From NCBI RefSeq assembly GCF_006345805.1, contig NC_042999.1:50840001-50904000 (forward strand): a stretch of DNA of 64,000 nucleotides. The letters run 5' to 3'. This DNA is from Octopus sinensis. Its lineage: Eukaryota. The translations under genes and the position numbers were made by a program. How positions within the stretch are numbered: position 1 is the stretch's first letter; each line of letters begins with the position of its first letter. This document shows, one piece after another, positions 1 to 12,310 of the stretch. The notes under the pieces were generated by a model. That model was not told the origin of the DNA, made no database searches, and was given only the letters and a program-made list of their open reading frames with translations.

Positions 1-384
1 TTGGTAAGCAAGCTACTAACCACACAGCCACTCCTACGCCTATGAAACTATTAACATAATTATTTCAAATTCTAGCATAAGACCAGCAATTTTAGAGGGA
101 GTGGGTTAGTTGAGTACATTGACCCCAGTACTTGACTTGTACTTTATTATATCTATCTCCTATCGCAAGACATCTATTTCTGCTTCTCTGTTTCTCTATC
201 ACACTTTAATCTTTCATCATCTGATACCAGATCACCTCCTCCAATGCCTGCTCTGTTATGGCAAGACACCTGTTTCTACCTCTCTGTCTCTCTCTGTCAC
301 ACTACCCTTTCATCCTCTGACACAAGCACCCCTCCGCAAATGCCCTTGCTTCTCTCATAATTCCTTGTTTTGCGAGTTACTTGG

Positions 385-680
385 TGACCCTGCCACTGCC
401 GGTGCCACTTAAAAAGCATCCAGTTCACACTGTATAGTGGTTGGCATTTGGAAAGACATCTAGCTGTAAAATTCATGCCAAAACTAACCTCACCCGTGCT
501 AGTACCACATAAAAAGCACTGAGTCCATTCTGCAGAATGGTTAGTGTTAGGAAAGGCATCCAGCTGTAAAAACCCTGTCAAAGCAGACAAAGTAGCCTAG
601 GGTAGTTTTCTGCCTGGCCGGCCCTTGTCAACCGTCCTACCCATGCATGCATGGAAGACAGACATTAAATGATGATGATA
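385..680 (+). mobile_element. RTE-type LINE 3' tail family with (GAT)n end
   Basis: AAAAAGCA(CC)...GGTTGGCRTTAGGAAGGGCATCCAGCTGTA...CCATGC..CATGGAA...TTAAATGATGATGAT motif set shared with many copies in the window. Confidence 0.7.
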
Positions 681-1021
681 ATCCCCAAAATGATGAAAGG
701 TAAAGTCAACCTTGGCAGAATTTGAAATCAGAATGTAAAGAGCTGAAAGAAATAGCACTAAGCATTTTGTCTGACATGCTAATGATTCAGCCAGTTCACC
801 GTCTTAGAAACCATTAAAATAATGATTTCAAATTTTGGCACAAGGCCAGCAATTTTTGGGGTAGTGAGTAATTCGATTACATCAGCCCTAGTCCTTGACT
901 GGCATTTATTTTATTGCCCTGATAGGATGAAAGGCAAAGTCGACCTCGGCAGAATTAGAACACAGAATGTAAAGATGGACAAAACACTGCTTAACATCTT
1001 ACCCTTTGGGCTAAGGACTCT

Positions 1022-1438
1022 TATTTCTTTATTGCCCACAAGGGGCTAAACATAGAGGGGACAAACAAGAACAGACAAACGGATTAAGTCGATTACATCA
1101 ACCCCAGTGTGTAACTGGTACTTAATTTATCGACCCCAAGAGGATGAAAGGCAAAGTCGACCAAGGTGGAATTTGAACTCAGAATGTAACAGCAGATGAA
1201 ATGCCTATTTCTTTACTACCCACAAGGGGCTAAACACAGAGAGGACAAACAAGGACAGACAAACGGGTTAAGTCGATTATATCGACCCCAGTGCATAACT
1301 GGTACTTATTTAATCGACCCCTAAAGGGTGAAAGGCAAAGTCGACCTTGGTGGAATTTGAACTCAGAACGGAGCAGCAGACAAAATGCCACTAAGCATTT
1401 CGCCGGGCGTGCTAACGTTTCTGCCAGCTCGACACCTT
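1022..1438 (-). mobile_element. tRNA-derived SINE family A, dimeric array (one head + 2 body units)
   Basis: Reverse complement of head GGCGAGCTGGCAGAAACGTTAGC..., B-box GAGTTCAAATTCC, core GCCTTTCATCCTTTCGGGGTCGAT, tail GGGTAGTAAAGAAATA; body repeated with junction near 1205. Partial copies also at ~60-150, ~680-805 and ~830-1015. Confidence 0.85.
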
Positions 1439-1984
1439 TCAAACCATTAAAATAAAACATATAATGAACTTCATTATAAATTTGATAATGAAATGGTTAA
1501 TCAGCTGCAGTAAAGTCAACTGAAAATAATGGTGCATTTTGTATAGGATAGGTATTGTGTTAAGATATGCTTTGATGAGTAAATTCTCAGTTTTTATCAA
1601 GTATTGATATATCTCATTATACAAAATTAAACTATTAAACAAAATATGTATTTTCACTTCAAATATGAATTTTTAAAATGTGTAAAAGTTCTACTGCTGA
1701 TGAAACAATATTTTGTTCAACACTTCTGCAGCAAAATTTTGATAATATCAGTGAAAGTCTATTGTTAAAAGAATTTAATGGTCACAATCATCTACATTAA
1801 TCCCCACATGTTGCAATACATTATAAAATAGCTATAATATTTCGGCAGTGAGGTGGGTTATGATTCATCATGTTCTGAGTCATTTCTTATTGGGAGCCAC
1901 TGGTATTAAAATGGCTAAAAGGTACTTTATTTATAAAAGTGCAGTTAAGCAGTTCACTTTGCAACAATGGCATCCTGGATTTAA

Positions 1985-2206
1985 CCCTTTCGCTACTGTA
2001 TTTATTTTGAGATGCTCTGTGTTTCTTTCAATTAGTTTTAAATATAACAAAGAATTTAGTAAAATAGCTTAGTTATCATTAAGCTTGTGTTAAGAACATA
2101 AATTGTGACTAAGGTTTGATGGAAGATTTTAATTCAGAACTTTTGAGAACAAGACATTTGAACTACAGAGCCAGAGGCAGTTTCAGCCGGCTTAGTATCA
2201 AAAGGG
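1985..2206. mobile_element. piggyBac-like MITE (TTAA TSD)
   Basis: TTAA|CCCTTT...AAAGGG|TTAA termini; non-coding; interrupts a decayed SINE head. Confidence 0.75.
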
Positions 2207-2600
2207 TTAATCCTACTGCGTGGCATTTTGACCAGCTGTTATACATGCTAGTCTTAATGGTTATAGCTAACTAGAACTAGATAAATGCTGCTCAAAATAT
2301 CAGATATTTCTTCTTAGAATTCACTTTTCTTGTACTATTGGTACATATTTCTAAACTCACTTTTGCAGAAGTAGGTGACTGTTAGCATTTTCAGATTGTT
2401 GTGTTTGACCTAAAAGTTATAAAACTATTCACAGCTTCACCTGAGCCATCTCAAAAGCATTGTAGGCTACAGGCAATTCAGTACACTAGGCCCTCTAGTA
2501 TTTATTTACTGACAGCAAGCCACAGCATATATATAGATCAGAACTGAGCCCATAGACATGTGAGGCCCCTGGGCAAGTGCCGAAAGTGCCCTACCTTAAT

Positions 2601-2818
2601 CCTTTACCATTCAAACTGGCCATGTTCAGTTTAAATATTCTACCTTCTTTATGTTCAAACAAGCCAAATCTTGCTTCTTACACCTACCCGACAATACCAT
2701 TCCTGAAGTAGAGTCACATCATGGAAATCTCACAGCTATGAGATAATGCATGACTAATTCAAAACAATGTGAATAAATAAGCATTATATTTGGTAAAGTA
2801 ATCCGAATATAAAAGGGT
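2601..2818. mobile_element. piggyBac-like MITE, second family (degenerate)
   Basis: TTAA-TCCTTTA...AAAGGG-TCAA ends; internal similarity to 42914-43134, ~33642-33862 and ~22100-22313. Confidence 0.6.
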
Positions 2819-2953
2819 CAAGACAGCACTGTTCTTGACCAATGATTTGTGAGTGGAAATCGATAGACAAAAACTGTTCCTCTCTCAAATAACTCTCTGC
2901 CTGTTATGCTCCTGCGCCGTCCACTAATTCAAATCCACTTCTTCTGATTACAG

Positions 2954-2955
<2 letters not shown>

Positions 2956-3006
<51 letters not shown>
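2956..3006. repeat. (CT)n microsatellite
   Basis: Pure CT dinucleotide run. Confidence 0.95.
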
Positions 3007-3010
<4 letters not shown>

Positions 3011-3760
3011 TCCCCTCTTTGGTCACCTGAGCAAATTCATACATGCCCGAGATATTCAACCATTTTTTTTATTGATGGCCCCCTTTGATTACTAGTCTAT
3101 TCTGATGGACCCCCATAGCTACTTCATGTTTTACAGATGCTTCTTTTAAAATTCCTATTTTGTTTCTGGGTTCAGTCCCACTGCATGGCACCTTGGGCAA
3201 ATGTCTTCTTCTGCATATAATACCCAGGTAGCTAATAATCTTGAACCCCAACTTGTAAGACAATATCTGAACTTAACAGACATATGCTTGTTCGTGAAAA
3301 CATTCCTTCAGAATCAGATTCCAAAGAAGAAACTTGAATAATATCTGTCATTTGTGTTTTAAACCCTCTCAGTCAGCAGCTGGTCTTGAAAGTCACCTGA
3401 GGGCTCATTAAAGGAGGGATTGTGCTGTGTGATGGGGTGTGGTGTGTGTGTTGAGGGGACAGTTATCACTTTCGAGATGAAGCAATCATCATATATATAT
3501 ATATATTCAAAATAAGCAACAAGAATGACTCTAGTAATTTGATACGATCGTTTCATACTACATCATTTTATTAAATGTTGTAAGTATTACAACAGTTTTA
3601 AAATGCTGAGCACTCATCAGCTAATTATAGAGGTTTTCCATTAATACAAAAATTTTCATATCAAGTGGCAAATTTATAGAGAAGATAGAAATATATATAT
3701 ATAAATATATATATATATTATAGAGAAGGTAGAAATATATATACATAAATATATATATAT

Positions 3761-3998
3761 GTGGCACGTAAAAAGCACCAACCGATCGTGGGCGTTGCTA
3801 GCCTCCCCTGGCACCTGTGCCAGTGGCATGTAAAAAGCACCCACTACACTCACGGAGTGGTTGGTGTTAGGAAGGGTATCCAGCTCTAGAAACACTGCCA
3901 GATCAGACTGGAGCCTGGTGCAGCCTCCTGGCTTCCCAGACCCTGGTTGAACCGTCCAACCCATGCTAACATGGAAAACGGATGTTAAACGATGATGA
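3761..3998 (+). mobile_element. RTE-type 3' tail copy with (GAT)n end
   Basis: GTGGCACGTAAAAAGCACC repeats, GGAAGGGTATCCAGC, CGTCCAACCCATGC, GTTAAACGATGATG; starts directly after a (TA)n run. Confidence 0.8.
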
Positions 3999-5123
3999 AG
4001 ATTGTAGATGAGTGCATTTTATCATGGTACTGGCATTTGTGAGATTTTCTCGCAGGATATGAGACAACTTCACTGGTGTTGGTGCCACAATAAAATGTAC
4101 CCAGTGCACTCTGTAAAAGGAATAGCATTAAAGAGGGTATCTGACCACAAAAACCATGCCAAAATACAACATATAAGCAAGACATGGCCCCATCTCCATG
4201 CTAAAGAAAGCAGTAACTCCATATAAACGCTGGCTTATATAACAACAAGCCATACCAGCATGGAAAGCATAATGCTGATGATGACGATGGTAATGATGAC
4301 GATGATGATGATGATGACTAACAATTATTAATAAAGCAAAATATTATCTAAGCGCTACTTTACAGAATAGAACTAATTCGAATAGTTGCATTCAAAATAT
4401 CCAGTGGGGATGTCTATAGTATTTGGAAAGTTAGGATAAATAGTTCGCCAAATTCTTGCATTAGAATTAAAAAGTTACACAGAGACAAAAACAAAACCAA
4501 CACAAAAGCAAGAAGGAAAACAAATAAAGGAGAGATAATAGAAGAGAAAATAAGAAAAAAAAAACAAAAGAAAATATTTAGACATCAGCTGCATCTCTGC
4601 TTGAGGAATGTATTGTGTTCACTAAATACATTTGCTATATTTAACTGTTAAACTGTGAAATTTCCAGACAAAAAGTATATAGTTCCAAGCTTTGATTTAT
4701 TACCACGCTTCTATTTCTCCTTCAATGATACAATAACAGGTAGCTCTCTGGAGGCAATCACTCTATCAAGTGGTTTTATGAGTGCTATCATTTTTTTTTT
4801 TTTTTTCAGAGTTGGGAATAAACTATTTTATAGTTATTTTATAATGTGTTTTTACAATAAGACTGTGAAAATGCAGTTCTTGTAAACAAGTGAAAGTGTG
4901 TTTCAACACCAACAAGGGTAAACTCTTTTACCTTGAAAGCGACTGACCTATCAATCTCCCAACTTATCAAAGATGATAGAGATCCAAATAAGTAATCATC
5001 TCAGCTATCATATGGAGCCTTTTCCTCCCCTCTTATACAGTTAATTTATATCTTTGTACAATAATAGAAGATTTAGCTTATGTTATTGGCAATTTCAAAT
5101 AAGTTTCAATACTGCCCAACTTA

Positions 5124-5675
5124 CGAGGGCGAGTCAAAAAGTAATGCCATATTGTTTAGGACAGGTATAATTACCAACACAGGGACATTTAACATACACC
5201 AAAATGAAGCTTGCCCTCTGTAGATCACATCCCTACTTCTCAATATATTCACCGTTTCTCTCAGTAGCAATGTTCCACCTTCGAATGAGAGCATGTATCT
5301 CTGCCCTGTAAAGTTCTGTTGACTGTTCTTTGGGCCACTTCACTGCAGTTTTCACTTCTTCATCACTGGAATAATGTTTACCTCTCAAACCCTCTTTCAT
5401 GGGGCTGAAGAGATGATAGTCTGAAGGCGCTATATTATTCTAGTGATGAGGAAGAGAAAACTGTAGTGAAGAAGTGGCTCAAAGAACAGTCAACAGAATT
5501 TTACGGGCAGGGAAACATGCTCTCATTCGAAGGTGGGATATGGCTATTGAGAGAAACAGTGACTATGTTGAGAAGTAGGGATGTGAACCACAGAGGACCA
5601 GTTTCCTTTTGGTGTATGGTACATGTTCCTGTGTTGGTAATTATACCTGTCCTAAACAAAATGGCATTACCCTTG
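5124..5675. mobile_element. Fold-back mariner derivative (two inverted transposase 3' ends)
   Basis: TA|CGAGGG...CCTTG|TA; left arm (minus) reads LAPSDYHLFSPMKEGLRGKHYSSDEEVK, right arm (plus) YSSDEEEKTVVKKWLKEQSTEFY...ERNSDYVEK*; the arms are reverse complements. Confidence 0.85.
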
Positions 5676-6180
5676 TAGTTTAATTCATTTTCTTTAGATT
5701 GGGAAGACATACACTTGGATTACTCAAACCATGAAATGCTTTAGATATAAAGGAAGTATTTCCTATTTATGTTTGTATTATGAGCATTCTAAGAAAGAAT
5801 ATATATATATATATATATATATATATCATTTCAATCAGGATAGCTACTTACCACACAGCCACTCTTGTGCCTACACTCTGTAAAATGGTTTGCTTTAAGA
5901 AAGGCATCCAGCTATAGAAACCATGCTAATGTAGACAATGGAGTCCAACACATGCGTCATGCGCCTCGGATCTAGTCTAATTGTTCAACACATGCTAGTG
6001 TGGAAAATGGATGTTAAATAATGATGATGATGACGATGATGGCGTATATAAGTTTTAAGAAAAAAATTCTCAATAAGAAATTTCTTAAATTAAAAATTAA
6101 TACCTATATAAAAAAAAACTTTTAAAGAAGAGATTAGCACAGATTTTATGAAAGAAGTTTTGTGTAGGAAGCTGGAAATA

Positions 6181-6603
6181 GAAGCTGGGGAAGTCATAGA
6201 AATTCTCCAACAACCATTTCTGATTCTTTCCAGGGGTATGGCAAGGAGCCAAATCCTGGTACATATATACAACAGGCTTCTTACAGTTTCCATCTACAAA
6301 TCCACTCACAAGGCTTTGGTCAGCCTGGGGCTATAGTAGAAGACACTTGCCCAAGGTGTCACACAGAGGGACTGAACCTGGAACCATGTGGTTCGTAAGC
6401 CAGCTACTTACAACACAGCCACTCCTATGCCTATATATTTGTCACTTTCTTTTCACACCCACCCTTTCCAATCCTCTATCCCTATCCTTTCTACTATTAA
6501 CTTTCTTGTAACCTGCAACCCTCTTCAACTAGGGTTTGACCACAGTCTCTGGCAGCTTCACATAGACATATGAATTGAGACTAAGGTTCTGTTCAAAGAT
6601 GTG
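6181..6603 (-). pseudogene. Tc1/mariner DD37D (maT-like) transposase remnant split by a SINE
   Basis: 6603-6513 reads HIFEQNLSLNSYVYVKLPETVVKP*LKRVA; 6266-6181 reads YMYQDLAPCHTPGKNQKWLLENFYDFPS (cf. WQQDSAPCH motif around the second catalytic D). Confidence 0.7.
6270..6431 (-). mobile_element. tRNA-derived SINE family B (CORE-like), 5' half
   Basis: Head GGAGTGGCTGTGTGGTAAG, B-box GGTTCAGTCCC, CORE-like CCTTGGGCAAGTGTCTT on the minus strand. Confidence 0.85.
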
Positions 6604-7004
6604 CAGATGAATTCCAGCATGTGAAGGCAGTCAGAATGCCTGCTGTGTCCCTTCCTGCTGGCCAGGGCTTCATAATCTCCATTTCTCCATTGCTACTGTC
6701 CATGTCATGTCCTACAGCCTATATCGTGTCCACAGAGCAGCAGCCATGATGTTGGCATTTTAATACCCAACACAAATCATTATGATGCAAGTAACCATTT
6801 TCCAATATTCAGATGGCTTCCAGTCCTCCTTATCAGCTAAATTTTTCTCAACTACAACTTTAATCTTTATATTCTTTAACACTGTTGACTGCCTGCCAAG
6901 ACATGAAGCAGTTCCCTGAAAAAAGTTGTAAAAACTCATCAAATTTATCCCTCCGTCTGTCTTCCTTTCTTTCTCTCTCTCTTTCTCTCCCTCTTTCTGT
7001 ACAC

Positions 7005-7046
<42 letters not shown>

Positions 7047-8701
7047 TACACTTCTACTTAGCCATAACAGAGTGGATAACTAGTTGCTAAAACTCTATAT
7101 ACTTATAATGCAAGATATTTCTAAGTACCAATGGGGGAGGCATTGTGAATTCATAGAGACAATCTCCGGTGAGATATCTCACAGCTTTATCAGAGTTTTA
7201 ACAAGTGAACAGTTCATGCTAAGGATGAATGGAAACATATTCCATAACTGTATCAGATACAAAATAATAACACCTTTACATGAAGCACAAATAGACGCAC
7301 ACAAAAACATTTACAGATTTTTGTTTGTTTTTTTTTTTTTACACTGATGCACACTTAAAACCAGTGACGAAGTTGATGATGATGATGACAACTGCAAAAA
7401 TGATGATGATGATCATCATCATCATCGTCATGATGACAAAACTTTTCAACTTAGAGAGTTCTAGCATGTTTATAAAAGGAAAAAACAAATTAGATTTTCC
7501 CTGAGAAAATTATGGGTGATTTGTATGGTTTCATTGAAGCCAGAAATATATTTATCTAAAACATTCAAGTTTTTAAAACCTGCTATTTTGTGTTTTGTAT
7601 TTGCCGTCTTCAACGACAGCTGTGTACTGTGTGAGAAATATGTTTGCATGAAATCATGCAAGATGTCTACACATTTCTCTCCATGTGGTTGTGTGTCTGT
7701 GTGTATGTTTGTTCATGTAAAATATTTCATATCCAATCATAAATTTTGGCAGCAATTTTACATGTATATGCAGTTCATTTTAAACAGCAAATTCTTCACT
7801 TTGGTATCTGTGGAATTGTAAATACAATTACAACACTAGTTAACTATTTACTATTTAATTTTACTAAAAATCTGGATATTTTCCTTGGTTTTTGGTGCTA
7901 GATTAAAAACATAACTAGATTATGTTATTTTACTATTTATGTTTTTGTTTGACTGCCGTTCATTTTCAAGACAAAAAAAAACAACAACAATAATAATAAT
8001 ACGTGTAGCAGGTGAAAACTGCTAAATCATTATCTGCATGCATGTATCCAATAGATTTACTGTCAGTAATGTGTAATAATAGGTTGTTATGTGCAAGGCA
8101 TTTCTACACATATATGTGTGAGAATGTGTGTGTGTGTTTGTGCTTGTATTTGTATATATATATATATATATAGGTCTGCTATTCTGTATATCAACAACTG
8201 AAGGTTCTGTTAATACATATGTACAAAGTATTCACATGCAACACACGTACCAACATTAAGCTTAATAACAACTGGATTTGTTAAAAACAATTACTTTCTC
8301 AGATTTATGAAATCATTATCATGAAACCATTACAGTTAAGATCATACTTAATACATCCTAACAATAGGCTACTAAACACAGAAATTAGTATAATCAAGCA
8401 TAACTTAATTAACAGTAAATTACTCAGGAAGCCAACTTCATGAAAACTAATCGTTAAGCCAATGTTTTTATATTCGATACAATATGGATGGTGGATTTGA
8501 AGAATCATTAGAACATCAGTCAAAATTGCTGTGTGGTATGTGTTATGGCTCTCTATGTATTGAGATCAAATTCCATTGAAGTATATTTCACCTTCTATCC
8601 TTTCAGGGGTCAATAAATTAAGTACCAGTCAAGTACTGGTGGGTGTTGAGGTTACTTGACAGCTTCCTTCTCTAAAATTTTGATACATTATATCTATGAT
8701 A

Positions 8702-8957
8702 GTGGAGGTACGTGGCTTAGTGGTTAAGGTGTCAGCACCATGATCATAAGATTGTGGTTTCGATTCCTGGACCAGGCGACACGTTGTGTTCTTGAGTAAG
8801 ACACTTCATTTCACGTTGCTTCAGTCCACTCAGCTGGCAAAAATGAGTAACGCTGCAATGGACTGGCGTCCAGCTGGGGAACACATACGCCATAGAAACC
8901 AGGAAAATGGGCCCATGAGCCTGGCTAGGATTTAAAAGGGTGCATTTATTTATTATT
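8702..8957 (+). mobile_element. tRNA-derived SINE family C (V-domain-like), 15-bp TSD
   Basis: A-box TGGCTTAGTGG, B-box GTTTCGATTCC, ATGGACTGGCGTCC motif; flanked by ATTATATCTATGATA at 8687-8701 and 8958-8972. Confidence 0.85.
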
Positions 8958-9329
8958 ATTATATCTATGATAAGGTATTATATTTAAATCAGTGAACATT
9001 AAAATGATAATTAGAAATAATTATGTAGTTTGGAAACAGTGGTATTAGTCATTGATTAAAATATTGTTTTAACTGTTTCAGCATATATGAGAAACAACTT
9101 CTTACATGTTCCTTGCTTATCATAACCTCATCAGTGAAGTATAGACTCCACCATAGTTGCCAAAGAAACAATAGATGAATCAGTAAGGTTGGCATATAAA
9201 TATGAAATTTTCAGAGATGCTAACATACTTAGAAATGCAAAAAATATGCAAAACCATATTCAAAATCTAAAGAAGAAAAATTTTACATACACACACACAC
9301 ACACCGATATATATTCTTTTATTGGCCAT

Positions 9330-9786
9330 TGTCGGTGTCACATAACTGGCATCCATACTGGTGGCACATAAAAAGCAATTTTCAAGCGTTGGGCCTCAGG
9401 GAAGCAATGTGGCCAATATTGGTGTCACGTACCTAGCATCCATGCCAGTGACACATAAAAAGCACATTTCAAGTGCTGGGCCTCATGGAGGCAATGACAA
9501 ATGACCAAGACCTTTGGTGATATTCTGTGCTTGAGAAGAAGACCCATCAAGCCAAGTGAAATCATAGTCTTGGAAGATACTGGTGTCACACAAACTGGCA
9601 CCCATGCCGGTGGCACATAAAAGTACCCATTACATTCTAGGAGTGGTTGGTGTTAGGAAGGGAATCCAGCTGTAGAAAATACCAAATCAGACTAGAGTCT
9701 GGCACAACCTCTCAGCTTACCAACCCAGGTCAAACTGTCCAATCCATGCCAGCATGGACAATGGACACTAAATGATGATGTTGATA
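9330..9786 (+). mobile_element. RTE LINE 3' end (ORF terminus + repetitive UTR + GAT tail)
   Basis: TGGGCCTCATGGAGGCAATGACAAATGACCAAGACCTTTGG resembles the end of the RTE ORF at ~32990-33070; followed by the common tail motifs. Confidence 0.75.
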
Positions 9787-9792
9787 CATACA

Positions 9793-9996
9793 TGAGGGTG
9801 TGCTGAAAGGTTCCTGGCTTAAAGGGTACTATGAAAGGTCTTGTCAGAGGTCCAACCGTCCAAGTTCTTTTACAGGGCTTAGAAAAAGTGAATAAGTGTG
9901 GGAATCTGAGAGGGGAATATGTTGAATAAAATCATAATTAACTGATCCTCCTTCTATTTTCTTTTACCCAAGACTAGGAACTTTCCAGTACCTCAT
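9793..9996 (+). mobile_element. Mariner-derived MITE
   Basis: TIRs TGAGGGTGTGCTGAAAGGTTCCTGG / CTAGGAACTTTCCAGTACCTCA; interior keeps transposase end KCGNLRGEYVE*. Orphan TIR at ~10281-10303. Confidence 0.7.
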
Positions 9997-10265
9997 TGTG
10001 TGTGTGTGTGAAGTGTGTGTATGTGAAATGTGTGTGTGTGAAATGTGTGTGTGTGAAATGTGCATATGTGAAATGTGTGTGTGTGTGAAATGTGTGTATG
10101 TGAATGTGTGTGTGTGTGTGTGTGAAATGTGTGTGCGTGAAATGTGCGTATGTGAAATGTGTGTGTGTGTATGTGAAATGTGTGTGTGTGAAATGTGTGT
10201 GTGTGAAATGTGTGTGTGTGTGTATAGACAGACAGACATACAGACAGACAGATAGATAGATAGAT
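9997..10265. repeat. (TG)nAAA minisatellite followed by GACA/GATA repeat
   Basis: Repeated TGTGAAATGTGTG units of ~15-20 bp. Confidence 0.9.
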
Positions 10266-10577
10266 ACAGGAGGAGGTGCTAAACTTTTCAGCACCCCCTC
10301 ATAGACTGATACAGTATAAAGAGAACTCTTCATGCTTCTGCAGTCAAACTCTCTAGTGTTTGTGGCATAATAAAATATTTTCAATTCATGCTGTAAAGAG
10401 ATTGGTGATATGTAGGACATCCAGCCGCAGAAACTATGCCTAATTTCATGAAATACAAGACAACACAGACTGGCAGATTTCTTTGTTGATGTGTGGTTCA
10501 GAAGATTAAGGGAACAAGGGGCAAGACATTGTGAGACATGTCCACCCCATGCCAGCATGGAAAAGCAAGTGTAATAA

Positions 10578-10586
10578 CGATGCAGA

Positions 10587-10617
<31 letters not shown>

Positions 10618-10714
10618 TTTGGTGGTGGTGGTGGTGATGGTGGTAGTGACGATAACGACGACAACGATGATGATGATGGTGTTGATAATTATGATGATGA
10701 TGATGATGATGATG
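10578..10714 (+). repeat. (GAT)/(GGT)n expanded retroelement tail
   Basis: Follows a CCCATGCCAGCATGGAAA tail motif; source of the poly-His/Asp/Met spurious ORFs. Confidence 0.85.
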
Positions 10715-11309
10715 TATAAGTACATTCATTGATAATTACCATAATACAAAGAGAAACCCCAAAACATCATGAATCCTTACTAAATCAAATCAAAATTACA
10801 TAAAAATATAAACTAAATGCCAAGTCTCATTTATCACCTCAACTAATAAATCTCAATACAGATGTGATGAATTCTTTGTATGCATTAATATTGACATTGG
10901 TATTACAACTTTTAGCTGTTTGCAAATTCTCAAGCTTACATGATAGTATCTTAGACTTATAAACATATGGCGCTTTGCATATAGATGCGAAATAAGAAGC
11001 TTACATTGCAACGTATTATAACAGAGTTAACTTTATTGTAAATATATTTCTCCTGAAATACTCTGCTTAAGATTCTCTTTTACTTGTTTCAGTCATTTGA
11101 CTGCGGCCATGCTGGAGCACCACCTTTACTCGATCCCAGGACTTATTCTTTGTAAGCCTAGTACTTATTCTATTGGTCTCTTTTGCCGAACCGCTAAGTT
11201 ACGGGGACGTGAACACACCAGCATCAGTTGTCAAGCAATGTTGGGGTGGGGACAAACACAGACACACAAACATATACACACACACATAAATATATATATA
11301 TATATATAT

Positions 11310-11546
11310 AACGGGAAGGTTTACGAAAATAAACAAAAGACGAAGGCAGGTGGAGTACAAACAAACAAATGTATTAGTATGGCACTCAGGAATAGAAATA
11401 GAACAAGTCTTTTACGTTTCGAGCCTACGCTCTTCGACAGAAAGATACACAGAAAAGAAACAAGGAGAGAAACAAGGAGATAAAAAAATGCGTGTAGGAG
11501 CTATATATATATATATATAGCTCCTACATGCATTTTTTTCTCTCCT

Positions 11547-11548
<2 letters not shown>
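11310..11548 (-). mobile_element. Probable Penelope-like element terminal fragment with inverted partial repeat
   Basis: Inserted in (TA)n; contains a hammerhead-like fold and the palindrome AAAAAAATGCGTGTAGGAGC(TA)nGCTCCTACATGCATTTTTTT. Confidence 0.6.
11408..11445 (-). ncRNA. Minimal type I hammerhead ribozyme variant
   Basis: UCUUU-CUGUCGAA-GAGC(GUAG)GCUC-GAA-ACGU-A-AAAGA: 5-bp stem I, 4-bp stem II, palindromic stem III, GUA site; core has A6->U and an extra A. Confidence 0.6.
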
Positions 11549-11578
<30 letters not shown>

Positions 11579-12310
11579 TACGACGGGCTTCTTTCAGTTT
11601 CCATCTATCAAATCCACTCACAAGGCTTTGGTCGGCCCAAGGCTATAGTTGAAGACACTTGCCCAAGGTGCCATGCAGTGGGACTGAACTCGGAACCATG
11701 TGGTTGGTATGCAAGCTACTTACCACACAGCCACTCCTACGCCTATAATTATGAATTAATTTTTAAAATAACCAAGAATTTGGAAGGTTTTAATAAACTA
11801 ACCAGGTTTGTCATTATTAAACTGACATCTGAAGGCAGTGAATTAGCAGAATCATTACAGTGTTGAGCAAAATGCCTTAAACTCAACTTTGGCTTTCATC
11901 ATTCTTAGGTCAATAGAGTACCAGTCAAGTAGCAGTACTGATCATTGTTTTTACTGGTTATTCCCTTTTTCTCGGAATTTCAGGCCTTGTGTTTATAATT
12001 GTTGAAACAATTATCAAACCAGCATTTGGAACATAATTTAATGAAAGGCTCTGACACAGACAATTATGAGATGAAGCTTTAATTTAAATTTAAGCACTTT
12101 AACATGAAAGATCTTGTGTTGCAGAACCAGAGGCCATCTTAGGCAGGCTGTTGTCGAAAGAGTTAAGCAATTAAAACAGAAACCAGATCAAGGAAGTAAT
12201 TCTCATTAAGAAACAAGAAATGTGTACTACATTTAGTTATACAATAGTACTGCAATACATATACACAACTGTTTGTTATACAATAATATCATACACACAT
12301 ATAGCCTTTA

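Larger units (their letters stand above)
11074..11744 (-). mobile_element. SINE family B full length, carrying an insertion in its internal (TA)n
   Basis: Reverse complement of 12311-12713 with an extra ~240 bp at 11310-11548. Confidence 0.85.

Noticed and set aside
6760-6915. Minus-strand exon candidate after TTTTTTCAG (GTASCLGRQ...)
   Set aside because: No convincing donor, no recognisable protein, adjacent to a transposon fossil.
7402-7426. (GAT)n(CAT)n palindrome
   Set aside because: Simple-repeat inversion, too short and low-complexity to interpret.
8702-8775. tRNA genes at SINE heads (also 12311, ~45690, ~46650)
   Set aside because: A/B boxes are present but no complete cloverleaf; they continue into SINE bodies, several with TSDs.
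9964-10732. His-rich 251-aa ORF and overlapping poly-Asp/Met/Cys-Val ORFs
   Set aside because: Translations of (TG)nAAA and (GAT)/(GGT)n repeats spanning a retroelement tail.
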